A stretch of 64,000 bases of DNA from the NCBI RefSeq assembly GCF_009914755.1, contig NC_060943.1. One strand, 5' to 3'. Origin of the DNA: the human T2T-CHM13v2.0 reference genome, Homo sapiens. The notes beneath the pieces were generated by a model, which was not told the DNA's origin, ran no database searches, and was given only the letters and a program-made list of their open reading frames with translations. This document shows positions 49,569-64,000 of the stretch, in pieces. A program made the position numbers and the translations under genes. The number at the start of each line of letters is the position of its first letter. The stretch's first letter is position 1.

Positions 49569-50779
49569 CTGGAACAGAAGAGAAGGGCAGTCCTGGCCTC
49601 AGTGGGGCTCCACACTTTATGAAGCCACAGAGACACTGCCCTGGGAGGTGGGTCGGGCTCTCGAGAATGCGGAAAGAGTCCCCAAGACAGGACGAGGGTG
49701 ACCTGAGCGAGCCCAGACCGAGGCCTAGAACTCAGGTCTCCTGGCTCCTGCGCTCAGGTCTGCTGGCTCCTGCGCTGAGGCTCCTGGTGGCCCACCTGAC
49801 AGTCTCTGAGGGCGGCAGGAAGCTGCCTCGGGGGAAGGCCCTGAGCCCCAGGTATATGGAAAGAGAGCCAGGGTAAGCCCAGGTAAAACACCATGTCCCT
49901 AATCCCAGCTATGCCAGCATTTCCAGGGCCACCACTTCTAAAGATCCAAGGAGAAGGCAGATAGAGCTGAGTTGGAAAGGATATAAAACAGAGTGAGGTG
50001 GCCTCCTGCACCTCCCGGCCTGGGCAGTCCTCCCCAGGGGAGCCTCGAAGCACAGGGCCCAGAACCACCACTAGAAGGCAAAGTACAGGCTGAAATCATG
50101 GGGTGGCTTCGGAGGGGTATTTTGGGAAGCAAGGGGCAACTGAGATTAAACCACATAACATCTTCCCATCTACTCCCCTTTCCAAGTCCTGTTTCTTTTT
50201 CCACAGCTCCCCAAAGCTCTTCCTGATTCTCCCAACTCCTCTGCCTCTGTTCACATTCTGTTCCCTTCACTGCAGATCCCCATGGACAAGGCACTTGCAT
50301 GAATTGTGAGGCTCATGGAGTTGGGGTCGGACAACACAGAGCCGGCTCCCTCCAGGAGCTGCATGTCCAGAGAGGGAAACAGGATGTGGACAGCAAGAAT
50401 GAATACATGCAGACCAGTGCCCATGGGCGGAGGGCAGAAGAGACCGCGCCTGAAGCCTCATCCATCCTGTGCTCATCTGCACACGGTCAGCTTCTGTGGG
50501 TCCCAAGCCATTCTGCCCACACATCTCCTAACTGACGTTTGGGAGGCAGCAGCATCTCTCCTCCTCCTCGTGCAGCTGACCACCTCCAGCTCAGCTCTGA
50601 GGCTTCTCCCCTTCATTCTCCTCCAGCTGAATCTGAGTCAGAGTTTCTAAGCTGGAAGAGGACCAGGAGGCCTGGCCCTATCCTCTTAAGTTTTGAGCAG
50701 CAGAAAAGACAAAGCCTTCCGGGTTTTCACTATATGATTTCATTATTTTCAAGAGTTCCAAATTTGAGTATAAAATTAC

Positions 50780-51091
<312 letters not shown>

Positions 51092-51659
51092 AGAAAAGGG
51101 GATATTACCGGGGGGAAATGGCCTAGGGCTTTTCTTTGAAGAGTTTGGGGGCAGAGGTAACAAATTTTAGGGGAAAAGCAACACCTATGTAATTAAAAAA
51201 TAAGCTTTTTTTCTCTAGAGGAATTTTCTAAGTTTGGGAGCATAAAAATACAAAAAACATTTGGCTTTATTCACAACGTATTTTGTGAAAACTCAGGAAT
51301 AACTCTTTGAATTTTGGGGAAACCAACAACATTCTCAAAAACGATGATAATCAATTTTATTGTGCACCTCTGCACCCTGCCTCCATGGTCCCACCACCAG
51401 GTTCCCTCTCCTCCACAGTCAGAAGTTCCTCCCTGCATTCAAACACTGGGTCTCTTGCCGTATTTCCTTAATTCAATCTTGGTGACATGAAAGATGTATG
51501 ATGAAATGAGCCTCGAAAGGGCTCAACACACTGGCTTGTTGGACTTCTTGGGCCTGCAGGGAGCTCCAAACAGATCTCCAGCCTCCCTGAGCCCAAGGGG
51601 CTCCTCCCCACCCCTCTCCTCTGTGAAGCTATCCTGCCTCACTGGGGCAGGTTAAACAC

Positions 51660-51850
51660 TCAGGCTCTGCAGTCAGAGCCTTGGTTTCTGAATCTTGGTT
51701 CTGTCACTTACTAGTTCTGGCATCCTGGGCAAGAGACTAAGCCAAGCCTCAGTTTCCAAATCTGTAAAATAGGGATATTTATAGACTGACCCTTAGGGCT
51801 GCTGTGCTAACGCAATTAAATGATGAGCACTTAGGACTCAACAAACAGCA
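51660..51850 (+). mobile_element. MIR
   Basis: ggctctgcagtcaga...gcctcagtttcc...tctgtaaaatagggata. Confidence 0.75.
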
Positions 51851-52240
51851 GCCATGATTCACGTTGTTATTGGAATCACCTGAACATCCTCCCCCAGCCT
51901 AGAATTTAGACACTGATGGAAGCACTAAGGAAGTTACCAGGAAACCTGAAGTTCTGAATTTAAGGAGGACTCTAAGAGCTCATCAATCCACATGGGTTTA
52001 TCTAGGTCTAATAATCTATTTATTCCCATCCTCTCTGTCCTTTCACCAAGGCCCCATGACCCAGAGTATAAAGTAACCCAGCAGGCACAAAACAAGAGAG
52101 CAGGCCAGTGGCTTTCCGATGCCGGAGAGGGCATACAAAGAGAAAGGGCCCTCAAGGCCAACCTCTCGGGCAGGCCTGTGTGAGTGGAAGCTGAGGGAGG
52201 AGGAGAGCACCTTGGAGGAGCTCTAGCGGAGATGACATAC

Positions 52241-52320
52241 CACTCCAGTTTTTGGCCATTTTGAACATGTTTGCTGCTCTGGCGTAGATTTCGCATGCTT
52301 CCTCTATTTTGGATGAGCCT
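52241..52320 (-). CDS. NAPA: NAPA exon 2
   Basis: [26 protein letters not shown]; 80 nt. Confidence 0.96.
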
Positions 52321-52910
52321 CTGGGGAAAAAGGAAAGAAAAAAAGGAGACAATCTAGTCGGCTATCCAGGAGAAAGCAAGCATTCTGCTCCAGTGCCGGG
52401 CACAGACGTGCCCCTACCCCTCACCCTTCACCTGTGAAGCCAGCTTCCCCCAGGCCTCTTGAGTCTGTGGCCCCCGCCCCTGCATACAATGGCACACTCA
52501 CTTCGGGCAGACCAGCTCCCTCCGGGAGTACTGGGGTAGATACTGGGTGCTTGCTGGGGTAGTGGGGCGAAGAGTTCCTGACCCCACCACAACCCCAGGG
52601 TCTGACAGCCTCTTCTACTTCCTGCCTGGGATACTAGGGGCCCACTGGGTCCCAGGCACGCTACAAATCCCCTTTCCCCGGGAGACTGCAAAGCATTCTG
52701 GGGGACTAGCCCAGTTTAAGACATCGTGTTGCTTTCGCAGAGGCAGCCTTAATCCTGTGCCTTGCACTCTGTGGTTGCTCAATAAAGACCTTGCAGCCCT
52801 GGAGTGTGTCATTACCAGCTCAGGACTGGGCATATATATCACACAGCCATACAAAGAAATGGGAAGCACTATTTTAAAGTGTAGATATAAGATGTTCCCA
52901 TTTGTGTTTA

Positions 52911-53237
<327 letters not shown>

Positions 53238-53453
53238 GAGAAAGAGAGTGAAAATAATAGAAACATACATGTTTATATAAACATAGGATATTTCTGGGCA
53301 AATACACAAAAACCTAGTAACAGCATTTTTCTCTTAAGGTGAAGCCTGCAGAAGGAGGGCCAGGTGTGGGAGGCAGACTTATTCACTGGACATCCCGTAT
53401 TTGTACTGTCTGAATTTTTTTTTAACTGTTTGTACATCTTTTCGAGAAAAAAA

Positions 53454-53570
53454 ATATATACATATATACACACACGTGTACATATATACACATGTGTATA
53501 TATGTGTATGTGTATATATGTGTGTATATATCTATACATTTACACATACACAGACACACACACACACATA
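53454..53570. repeat. (TA/CA/TG) dinucleotide mosaic
   Basis: Read directly. Confidence 0.88.
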
Positions 53571-54709
53571 TTTTTAAGTATTAGGATTTATATTTGGCCC
53601 TGTGGTCCAGCAATGAATTACATCTCTAGCAATTTATCCTAAAAAAACTAATCAGAAAAGTTACAAGGATGTTCAGCATAGCATTATTTAAAACAGCAAA
53701 ACCCCCCAAAAACTTATTGTCCAACAGTAGGGATACACTGGGAGATAGACAGGAATTTGAAAACATAAAGGGTACCCTGTTTGGGCAGCTTCACTCTGGC
53801 TTCTTGACCTCCACATGTACATAATGAGCCTCCTCTTGACTTGGGGGACCTCATTAGTACCTCAAACCCGTAAGTCCCACTGCATTCTTCTGCCCTTAAT
53901 AATACAACCAGGCTTAGCCCGCGAGGTCTGTAGTCTCTGTAACTGCTCAAACTCCCAATATCTACATAATCAGTAGAATAAAATCCACACACTCTGGAGT
54001 CCCACCAAATGGATTTCAGGGCCTCTCTTCACTGGCATAACTAGTGTTTAGTTTATTTTTAAGGAAGAGAAAAGGGAGGAGTGGGTACTTTCCCATTCAA
54101 ATCATCCTCACCATCCCATCCCACACCCTGTGTCAACTGGCCCAACATTATACCTGGGAACTTGTCCACACCAACCCCAGCTGTGGAGGGGCTCAAAGGT
54201 AATTTTGGGAGCTGGGATGTGAGCATTCCTTCCCTCTGCACTGCGGATTCAGTGTGTCCAACCTGCCCATCCCTTTCAGCCACATGAAGTGCTCATTTCA
54301 TCAAACCAGAGTCCCACAGCCACACACTTTGGGATTCGCTCAGTAGGGTCTGGATGGGGCCTGCAAATGAGATTTTTAACAATTGGGGTTTGGGGGGCCC
54401 AGGTAATTCAGCTGATCAGGTGAGTTTGAGAAGGAAAAATTGACTGAGACCGACTACCTGGAAAGCAGCCACCAGCGATCAGATCAGCGGCCAGGCCTGG
54501 CAATGTCAGCAGGCAAATAAATGCCCCCACGGTGGGCGGGCTGGTTGGGCCAGGGATCCTGGCCTCCTGAATCCACATCACACCAGGTAAATAATCTATT
54601 TATTCCTATCCTCTCTGTCATCTTGCCAGATGAAAAGCCTACCCTCTGCCTTCTGGGGCTGTGCTGATGCTGTCCCCCACCCTCTGCTGTCCCTGGGAAG
54701 TGGCCCTGA

Positions 54710-55180
<471 letters not shown>

Positions 55181-57486
55181 TGAGAATCCTGAAGGGTCCT
55201 TTGGGGCCTGGCTGCAAAAAACCCTCAGAAGGACCTTCTCTGGAATGTTCTCTTAAAGGGACATTTTCAGACCTTAATCACAGGTCTGCCCACCCCACAG
55301 GTCCCCCAGCTCAGCCTTCCCTTCTTTTTGAGTGTGACTAAGTCCTATCCAGCTCCATGCACTCTCTGAAAAAGCACAGACCCTGGATGGGCAGAAATGA
55401 CCCACGTCACTGAGTGGCCCACAGCGGGCAATCAACAATGAGCAGAGTCAGCCCAGCCGGGTTTATTTCAGGACGGACACAAAGCCTACCAGCTGCCCGG
55501 GCTGAAACTCTGTGATCCCAGGCTAAGCACAGCCAACCCTGCACGGGGTCAATGATTCTGTGGGGTGGAAAGGCCAGAGGGATTAACACCTGCTCAGGCC
55601 CCAGGCTTGCCTCCTTCTTCCCCTGCACCCCGCGGTCTTGCCCATTACCATGGCCAGGGGATGACAGGAGATCTCCAGGGTCCCATCCTCTTCTTTTAGA
55701 AATGGGAGTGAAGTCCCCAAAGGGGGAAAGTGACGTGCCTAGGTTCCAGTGGAAGATCCTGAAGAAGCCATTCACATACACATTTATTCACCTGGGGAAC
55801 AGGTATCCGAGCATTTATTACGTGCCAGGAGATAACAACAGTACACGAAAGGAAAATCTAGCTGGGCCTCCTCTCCTGAGGGCCTGGGTGGCAGCGCATG
55901 TGACAGCTGACTGTCCCTCCCCCACTGACCTCCCCCAAGCTGCCTCTGCTTCACTCCTCCCATCCCACGGCTCTGAGCCACTCCGGGAATAGAGGGAACT
56001 GGTTTGGGCTGCCTGATGCAGGGCTGTCTATAATTACCCGCTCAGCTTTGCTCTCTCCCCCTCCAAGGCGGAGGAAGGAGTCTCAGGTCTCCCAAACACA
56101 GCCACCAACCTCAGGGACTGCCATATGGAAGGCTGGGCACTGCCAGGAATACACAGATGCCTGATGGGACCTGGGCCAGGGGGTTGTGCAGGGCAGAGTC
56201 TTAGCCCCCTCCTTCCTTCCTCCATCCACCAGGCACTTCCTGGCTGCCAGAAATACACCATGCCCTGAGACCCACCACCTGCAGCTCCCGAAGGACCTCA
56301 CGAGGCAGGGTGGACAAAGTCAGGCCCCCATTTCGGGTCCTGGACTCACTCTATCTCTCTTGCCTCTGTGGAAGCCACAGCCACAGGCCTACGGTTTCCT
56401 CCTCAGACTTAAGGCCCACTGCCCCAAGTCTCCAGTCAGCACCCTCAGTGGGGAAGGTGTCCTAGGGCCCGTCACATGCCTGTGTCTTCCCTGTAAGCCC
56501 ACCTCCTGCACGGCTCTCGAGACCATGTGCCTTAATCACGGCTGGCGCATGGCGTTCCCTGCCTCCCAGGCACTCCCCTGGAAGGAGCCCACAGCTCCTC
56601 ACGAGAGCCCTTTGGGTGCTGCCCTTGCTTTACAGGCGAGGAAGCTGGGGCTCAGAGAGGGCGGAGGGCTTGTCCAAGCTTACCCTGCCAGGAAGCAGCA
56701 GGGCTTGGAAAGAGGACTGGGGCCCTGGGGATCCAGTCCTGCCCTTGCCTCTCACTCAGTGATCAGGAAGGCTTCCTTCCCCATGCCCAAGGCTCCTTGG
56801 GAAAATAAGGAGGGAGGACAAGGTCCCTGCCTGCCCCCACCCCTCCTCTAGATTAAAGAAGCCAGGGAGCCTGTACTGCCTAGGCTTCCCTCATCTCACG
56901 AGCAGAGGCTGCTCTCTGCTGGAGCTGCGTGGAGCATCCTCTAGGCAAAGGAGTATGAATTAAGCCAGCCCCCTACCGAGCCTGCCAGTAACAAGCCAAC
57001 AGGCAGAAGGAACGTCAGAAAAAGTTAAGGCTGCCTGTGGTGCAGGGTCCACCCTGGCACAGGGAGCCGGGGGCCACCAGCCCTGCTAGTCCACTGACTG
57101 CACTGGAACTGGGAGCTGCCAGAGGCTCAGCATCCTGAAGGCACCGCCACCAGTATCACCTGGAAGCGGGAAACCACCAGCTGCCTCCCGCCACTCTGCA
57201 GTGGGCCTTGCCTGACCAAGCAGAGTATGAGTTCCTGCAGGGCGGGGCCTGAGCCCAGCTCTGCTTTCCCATCTCTCCACAAGCCCCAGTTAACAACGGT
57301 GAAAGAATAAAGTGTCACAGGCTAACTGCCCAGCTCTGAAATCGCCACAGGACCCTCTTGTGACATGCCTGTCTGGGCAAAGACAAGGGGTAGAAAGAGA
57401 ATGACTTTGGGGTGGCGAGACCTGGGCTGAAGTCCGTTTCAGGTACTTTGCTAAGTGTTCGACCTGGGGCTAGTTATCCCTGAGGC

Positions 57487-57975
<489 letters not shown>

Positions 57976-58105
57976 TCAATACTTGGCACAGAGCGCAGAA
58001 TGGAAAAGGTGCTCAATGGTTGCTATTACACAAAGGAAGAGAAATACGCTCAAAGGGGTGCCTGCCACCCAGGAATGGGAATTCTAGAGAGTTTCTTGTG
58101 GTGGT

Positions 58106-58183
58106 AAAAATAAAATAAAATAAAATAAAATAAAATAAAATAAAATAAAATAAAATAAATAAAATAAAATAAAATAAAATAAA
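58106..58183. repeat. (TAAAA)n pentanucleotide microsatellite
   Basis: Read directly. Confidence 0.95.
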
Positions 58184-61100
58184 TGCTGACAGTAGTCAGA
58201 CAGGCCTGGCCTCAGCGCCAGCTCATCGTGTGCCAGCCTGCGTTTCCTTATGTGTAACTAGGCATAAGACTCCACACCTTGCAGGGCTGCTGAAGCACGA
58301 GCAATCTTGCAGGCAGCACCCCACGGCGTGCCCAGCAGAGAGCTGGCCACACCACGGGCGTTCAGTAAACGAGAGCATCCCTCTCATCAGGCCCCGCAGA
58401 GGACCGATTCCAGGCACGCTTCCCTACTTCAGAATAGCAGCATGGGCTTCATCTCCATCCCAGATTAGCTAAGTAATGCTCCTCCTTCGGCTTCCAGAGT
58501 CCTGGCCTCCCATGCCCCACCCCTTACTGCACAATGCTCAAAATACACACAGGCCCACGGCCCTTCGAGATGAGCTCAGAGCCAGGATCTCACCTGCCAC
58601 ACGGCACACAGCCTGGCAGGCGCCCTGTTTCTTATTTTCTTATACGGATGCCCTCCTGCACCCCAACGGGATTACATTTCACCACAGACCAAGGGCGAAT
58701 GTACTTCCTTTTTCTTAAAAGGTGTTCTCAAAGACCCTTGCCTCTCAGTAGCCCCATCCCAAAAAGGAGACGGAAATGTTTGTATGGCCAGGCAGCAAAG
58801 TCCTATCCATCAGGAAAGCCAGGAACTCTCGGATTCCCCAGAAACCTTGTGTGCCCTCAGGAAAGACTCCACTCTGAGACTGGGCAAGAGATGCCAAGTT
58901 TTCAGTTGTGGATCTTGGCAGCTGGCAGGGCACTGTGATTCACCAGGGTGCCCACTGGAAATGGCGCCGGGGTTTCTGCACGCTCTGCAGAGGAAGGCGG
59001 TCTGGAGAGAAATCTGGAAGCTCGTGCCCACACCAGTCTCAGCCAAGGCCCTGGGCAGGCCCTGTACAGACAAGCTGGCCCTCCCAGGGTCCCGCCGTTA
59101 TTGCCTACAGGTAGTTCAAACAGGAACTGATTTGTCAAGATCTGATCTTAGGAATGCACTGTTTGTATACAGAACACCCTCTGCCACCTATTTCTCCAGC
59201 ACTTCTAGCTCAACTTCCAATGACAATACCTACTAATAAAGATGACAGTGAGCCCTTAATAAACATTAGCAGAGCCAGGCAACGTGCTCCCACCACTTCC
59301 CACACATCGTCTCATTTATCCTTAAAACCACCTGAGGAAACAGTTACCATGATTTTCATTTCACAGATGAAGAAACTCCCTCTACACGTTTGTATCCAAG
59401 AGGAAGGAAGTTTTTATTTTGGCTATTTTGGGGACAGGGGAGGTGGCTGGGAAACATCAGGGATGAGGAAAAGCCCCAGGGAACAGAGCCGCCATTCAGA
59501 ACCTGCAGGATCCCCAAACGGCACAGCAGGCACTCTGGATTCCCCAGGAGACACGCAGCAGGGAGGAGGAACTAGTGTGCCTGGACTCAGCCATCCCCTT
59601 CTGCTGCTGGCTCACTGTGCTGTAGTTAGGAAGTCTCCGTCTTTTTGCTTCCAGAGCAGAAGTTTGAGCTGCGCCCCCATCACCAAGGGGAGGAACAGGT
59701 ATGGCTTTGAGCTTCTCCTAACTGGCTGGTGCTGTCGCCTTCAGTGGCTGCTGGTGCATCAAAGCCCCCTAGCGTCTGGCAGCCCAGAAATAATGAAGAG
59801 CAAGGGTGGCATCTGAGCACCAAGGCAGGCGACAGCACAGACACCCATCGCCTTGCGTCCCAGGTGCGGGCTCTCTGACTTGCCCTTTGACAGGGGCAGA
59901 GGCCCCTCAATGTGGGATGCTGTCATTGCTGGGGTTCCCAAAGGGGAAGGGAGAGGCACCAAGGACAAGCTGAGCCGCAACGCTCCCTTCTCCAGTCCCG
60001 GCAGCTACCAAGGACCTTGAATAAAGGTGGGTTATGAAATGTTGAACACAAGCAAACCCAGATCAGAGAGGAGGAGGTGCCTGAGTGATTCCCGCCCGCC
60101 AAGCAGGTCCTCCCAAGCTGGCCTCTGGCTGTGCTCCCAGCTCCCAGGCACACAAGCTCCGGTCAGGCCAGCCTCCCATCCTCCCTGCCCTCTGCCCTAA
60201 CCTCACTCATACTCCCACAGCACCAGGTCAGCTCCTCTGGGAGCTGGAAGGAACTGAGATGAACACACCAGCTCTTTTTTTCACATATTTGGAGAAAACA
60301 GCCATGGGAGGACAGTTAAGAGGGTGGCAGCTCTCCAACACACCTAGTTTGCCAACATCCTTCCTAAATGTAGTGCCCAGAGATGGTCATGAACCTTGAG
60401 GAGAAACTACCGTGGTAGCACAGCAAAGGGGCTAAGTGAGAAGGCTCTGGAATCACACAGAACTGGGTTTGAATGCCACTTCTCCCACTTACTGTGGGGC
60501 TGGGCAAATAAGTCAACTTCTCTAAGCCCCCAAGTTTCTCTACCTCCACGGGGATTTTGTAAGGACTAAATCCATACCATCCATCAGCAGGTTGAGCCTG
60601 GCCCAGGCCAGGGTCTGAGTCAGAGCGAGCACTTAATAACCAGCATCTGCTAGTATTACCGGCACTGCAACAGCCTCCTGCTGTCACTCTCCCCCACACC
60701 AGCTGCTGCAGTCCTTTCTAGAAGGCAAACAGGAGCTCGCCAGGATGGGCCTCCCTTAGCCTCCTCGGAGATCTTCAGTGCCTCCTCCAGGCCCAGCCCT
60801 TGCTCACCAGACCTTCCTTGTCTGGCCTCACCTGCCGCTTCCACCTTTATGGTCTAACGTGGAACTCCCTGTGTTCCATCTTCCTAAGGCATGCTCCATA
60901 ATAATCCTTGCCTGGAGTGCTGCTCCCTGCCAGAGAGCACCCCAGAACTCATGTTCATCCCCCCAGGGTTGGGGCCTCTCCCCCAGGAAGCCATTTCTGA
61001 TCCCTCTGGATCTCAGTTCCCTGTCTTTCCAGGCAGAACCTCCCGTCACGGTAGATCTCTGTTGCACCATCCCTGCTGCCTAGAGCACCCTCCCCGGCCC

Positions 61101-62635
61101 CACTCCCCAGCAAGTCCTGGGGTTCCTTGGGGCCCAGCTCACTCCTCACCAAGAGCCTCCCCCTGGTTCACGCTGCTTCCTCTGAGCTCAGACAGTCACA
61201 GGAATGACATCATCGAGCCCCTCCTTACAGTAGGTAATTCCACTTTATTGGTGTTTGCTGTTCATCCTGCCTTCCCAATCAGGTAGCAAATGCCTTGGGG
61301 CTGACTTAGCTGCTCCCTCCAAGCACACAGTCCAACAGCCCACTAATCCCTGGGCCAAAGGGACCAGACACCCAGAGCCACCCAGGAAAACTATCACCAA
61401 AAACCCAGCTCGTGGCCCCACCCCCAAACACAGCACTTGAACTTCTCCCCTTGTGAAGAAAAAGAAACACACACACACCCTCTCTCTCCTCGCAGCCTCT
61501 AAAATAAAACATTTTTCACCTAATCAATCCAGTCCATCAGCCCCGGATGTTTCTCCACACCAGGCAATTCGCCATCATGTTCTTCAAGTTATTTTGCTAA
61601 ACATTATCCAACCTCAAACAAGGGGCGTGGCCTAGAGCCCTTTTCCTGTTCCTTCCTCTCTTGTAAAGATCCCTCTCCTTCGTGTCTTACCAGCCTCTGC
61701 CAGGCTCCTACCACAGTCTCTTCCCATCCCCAGGCCCTCCTCCCAAACCCCCTTCTCCAGCCTTCTGCAGATGTTCCCAGTCCCACCACCGTCCCCAGGC
61801 TCTGCTTCTGAGTGGCCACCACACACTGTTCTCTCTACAAGCCCACTAGTCCTTTCCCAGGTCTCCTCTCAGTTTCCACAACCTCCCCTTGACCCTTTCG
61901 GGTCATCCCATCAGCACAGATCCCACCACCTCCCACACCACCGCCCCCTGCCAAACTCCCTTCTCCTTCCTCTGCCCAGAGCCTCATGCTCCTCTCAACC
62001 CTACTAAGTCTTCGTGGATCCCTTTTCTGTTCCCTTTCAGCTCCTCTTAGCACACTCATGTTTCTCAGTCTCTCCCTCTCCTGACCCCTCCCAGACCTCT
62101 CCGCTCGGGCGTCCACCTTGAACCCCCATCAGCTCTCTGCACGCTCCGAACCTGTTTCCTTCTGGAAGTCACATTAACAACAGCTAACACTCTCAGAGAT
62201 GTAACTCCACGCCAGGCTCAATTCTAACACTCATAGCAAATGGGAGGTAGGTTTGATTTGTGATCTCCTTTAGCAGGGAGACTAAACAATTTACCCAAAG
62301 TCATGAAGTAAGTGGCAGAGCTACTTGGGCTCTTGGCACTTCTAAGCCACTACAATTTATCACAGGATGGTCGTGTCAGCTTTTAGGAGCTAACGTGAGT
62401 TTTATGCCACGTCATATGTGTTAGTTCTGTCTCCCAGGCCTTTTCCCATCCCTCTTCTCAGCATGTCTCTGTCATCCCTATTACTCGAGGATCACACAGC
62501 AGGAATTTGATCCCCCGTTTTGGTTCTCTCAGTCCCCCTGTCTCTCCCTGTTATCCCTCCATCTCCTTGGCCAAGCCACCACCACGCATTCCCCCACCCA
62601 GGAGTCTCCAGCCTCAACCCAGGCCTCCTCAGGCT

Positions 62636-62974
<339 letters not shown>

Positions 62975-63646
62975 TAAACTAGTCACTGCTAACCAGGGCC
63001 GTACTCACCCCATGCACCCCCCACACTTCAGACGCGGCTCACCGCTCCTAGGATCATCTAGCCCTGAGCCCCTCTGCCTGGTGTCAGCCCCCTTCAGCCT
63101 TCACCCTCACCGCCCAGGGCCCACGCAAATCCACTGCTCCAGGGGTTGAAAAGGTCAGTCCCTCGGGCAGGCGTCCTCAGCCCCAGGCCCCATCACTGCC
63201 GCCTGAGAGCCTTCAAACAGACTCCCCTAGAGCTCCGAAAAGCCTCTGGACCTGGCTTCTCTCCCGGACTCCCTCCGTCCCCCCAGGCCGGTCCCCTCCA
63301 AGGCTTCAGGACGTACTCCCTCGGTCCAGGTTCTCCCCCGCCCGCTGGCCTGTCTTCGGCCTGGGTCCCCTTCCTCGCCTCAAGATAGTGTCGCCTCGGT
63401 CCGTGTGTCCTCAGCCCAAATCCCTTCCGCCATGTCAGACCGTCTCTCCTCAAACCGTGTTGCCCCGGCCCAGGCTCTTGGCCCTCAGCCTGCGTCCCCT
63501 CTGCCGCCTCAGGCCATGTCACCTTATTGCAGGTTCCTCTCCGTCCCCTCGGCCCGAGCTCTGCGTGCCCTAACCCGCCACCTCCGAGCGTGACTCCTTC
63601 GTCCTCTCAGCCTAGGTCCCGGCCGACCCCTCAGCCCGGTTCTCAC

Positions 63647-63744
63647 CCAAAGAGGCCAGAGAAGAAGGACTGCGAGTTCTTCACTTTGCGCTCCGCCTCG
63701 GCCAACAGCGCCATCGCCTCCGCTTCCTTCCCGGAATTGTCCAT
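63647..63744 (-). CDS. NAPA: NAPA exon 1 (alpha-SNAP), start codon
   Basis: Perfect Kozak gccgccATGG; [33 protein letters not shown]; 98 nt; GG|GTGAGA donor. Confidence 0.97.
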
Positions 63745-63789
63745 GGCGGCCACAAAGGGACTCAGCAAAGCGCCTGACCCTGACCCTGG

Positions 63790-64000
63790 GAAGACTCAGC
63801 CGCGGCCGGGCCGCGGAACACAGATCGGTAAAACTCGCCCGGCTGCGTTGACGTCGCACCGGCGCGCGTCGCTTGCGGCCAGGAACCACGTGACTAGCGC
63901 TGGCCAACCAGCGGCCTCGTAACGCCGCGCCCGCTCCGCCGGACACGCCCCCACCAGCCGCCGCACGCCGCCCGTGACTCGTGACCCCCCAATCGGCGTC
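63790..64000 (-). promoter_or_regulatory. NAPA CpG-island promoter: CRE-like, E-box/CLEAR-like, GC box, CCAAT
   Basis: TGACGTCG 63849; CCACGTGAC 63886-63894; CACGCCCCC about 63944; CTCGTGAC about 63978; CCAATCGG about 63989. Confidence 0.8.

Noticed and set aside
51900-51990. Possible C/D snoRNA (TGATGA on the minus strand)
   Set aside because: No matching D box or terminal stem seen
58106-58183. Many AATAAA hexamers as a terminator
   Set aside because: They are a (TAAAA)n microsatellite on the strand antisense to NAPA

Overview
Human (primate) genomic DNA, GC- and Alu-rich, recognisable as the 19q13.3 SLC8A2-KPTN-NAPA locus. Three protein-coding genes lie head-to-tail on the minus strand. 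SLC8A2/NCX2 is partial: non-coding exon 1 plus coding exons 2-3, continuing beyond the left edge. KPTN is complete: 12 coding exons summing to 1311 nt, 436 aa. NAPA/alpha-SNAP is complete: 11 coding exons summing to 888 nt, 295 aa, with its promoter at the right edge. All exon boundaries were read as GT-AG and the frames close exactly. The rest is about 45 Alus, L1/L2/MIR/MER fragments and simple repeats; repeat boundaries are approximate. I found no new protein-coding system. The most interesting unexplained signals are non-coding: a phased field of POU-type TAAATTATGCA motifs in SLC8A2 intron 2, other degenerate motif fields (TCTAGA, TCTAACC), a 9-bp-spacer RE1 at the SLC8A2 promoter, a 30-bp AATAAA-containing direct repeat bracketing NAPA exon 2, a candidate NAPA poison exon, and several splice-junction oddities.
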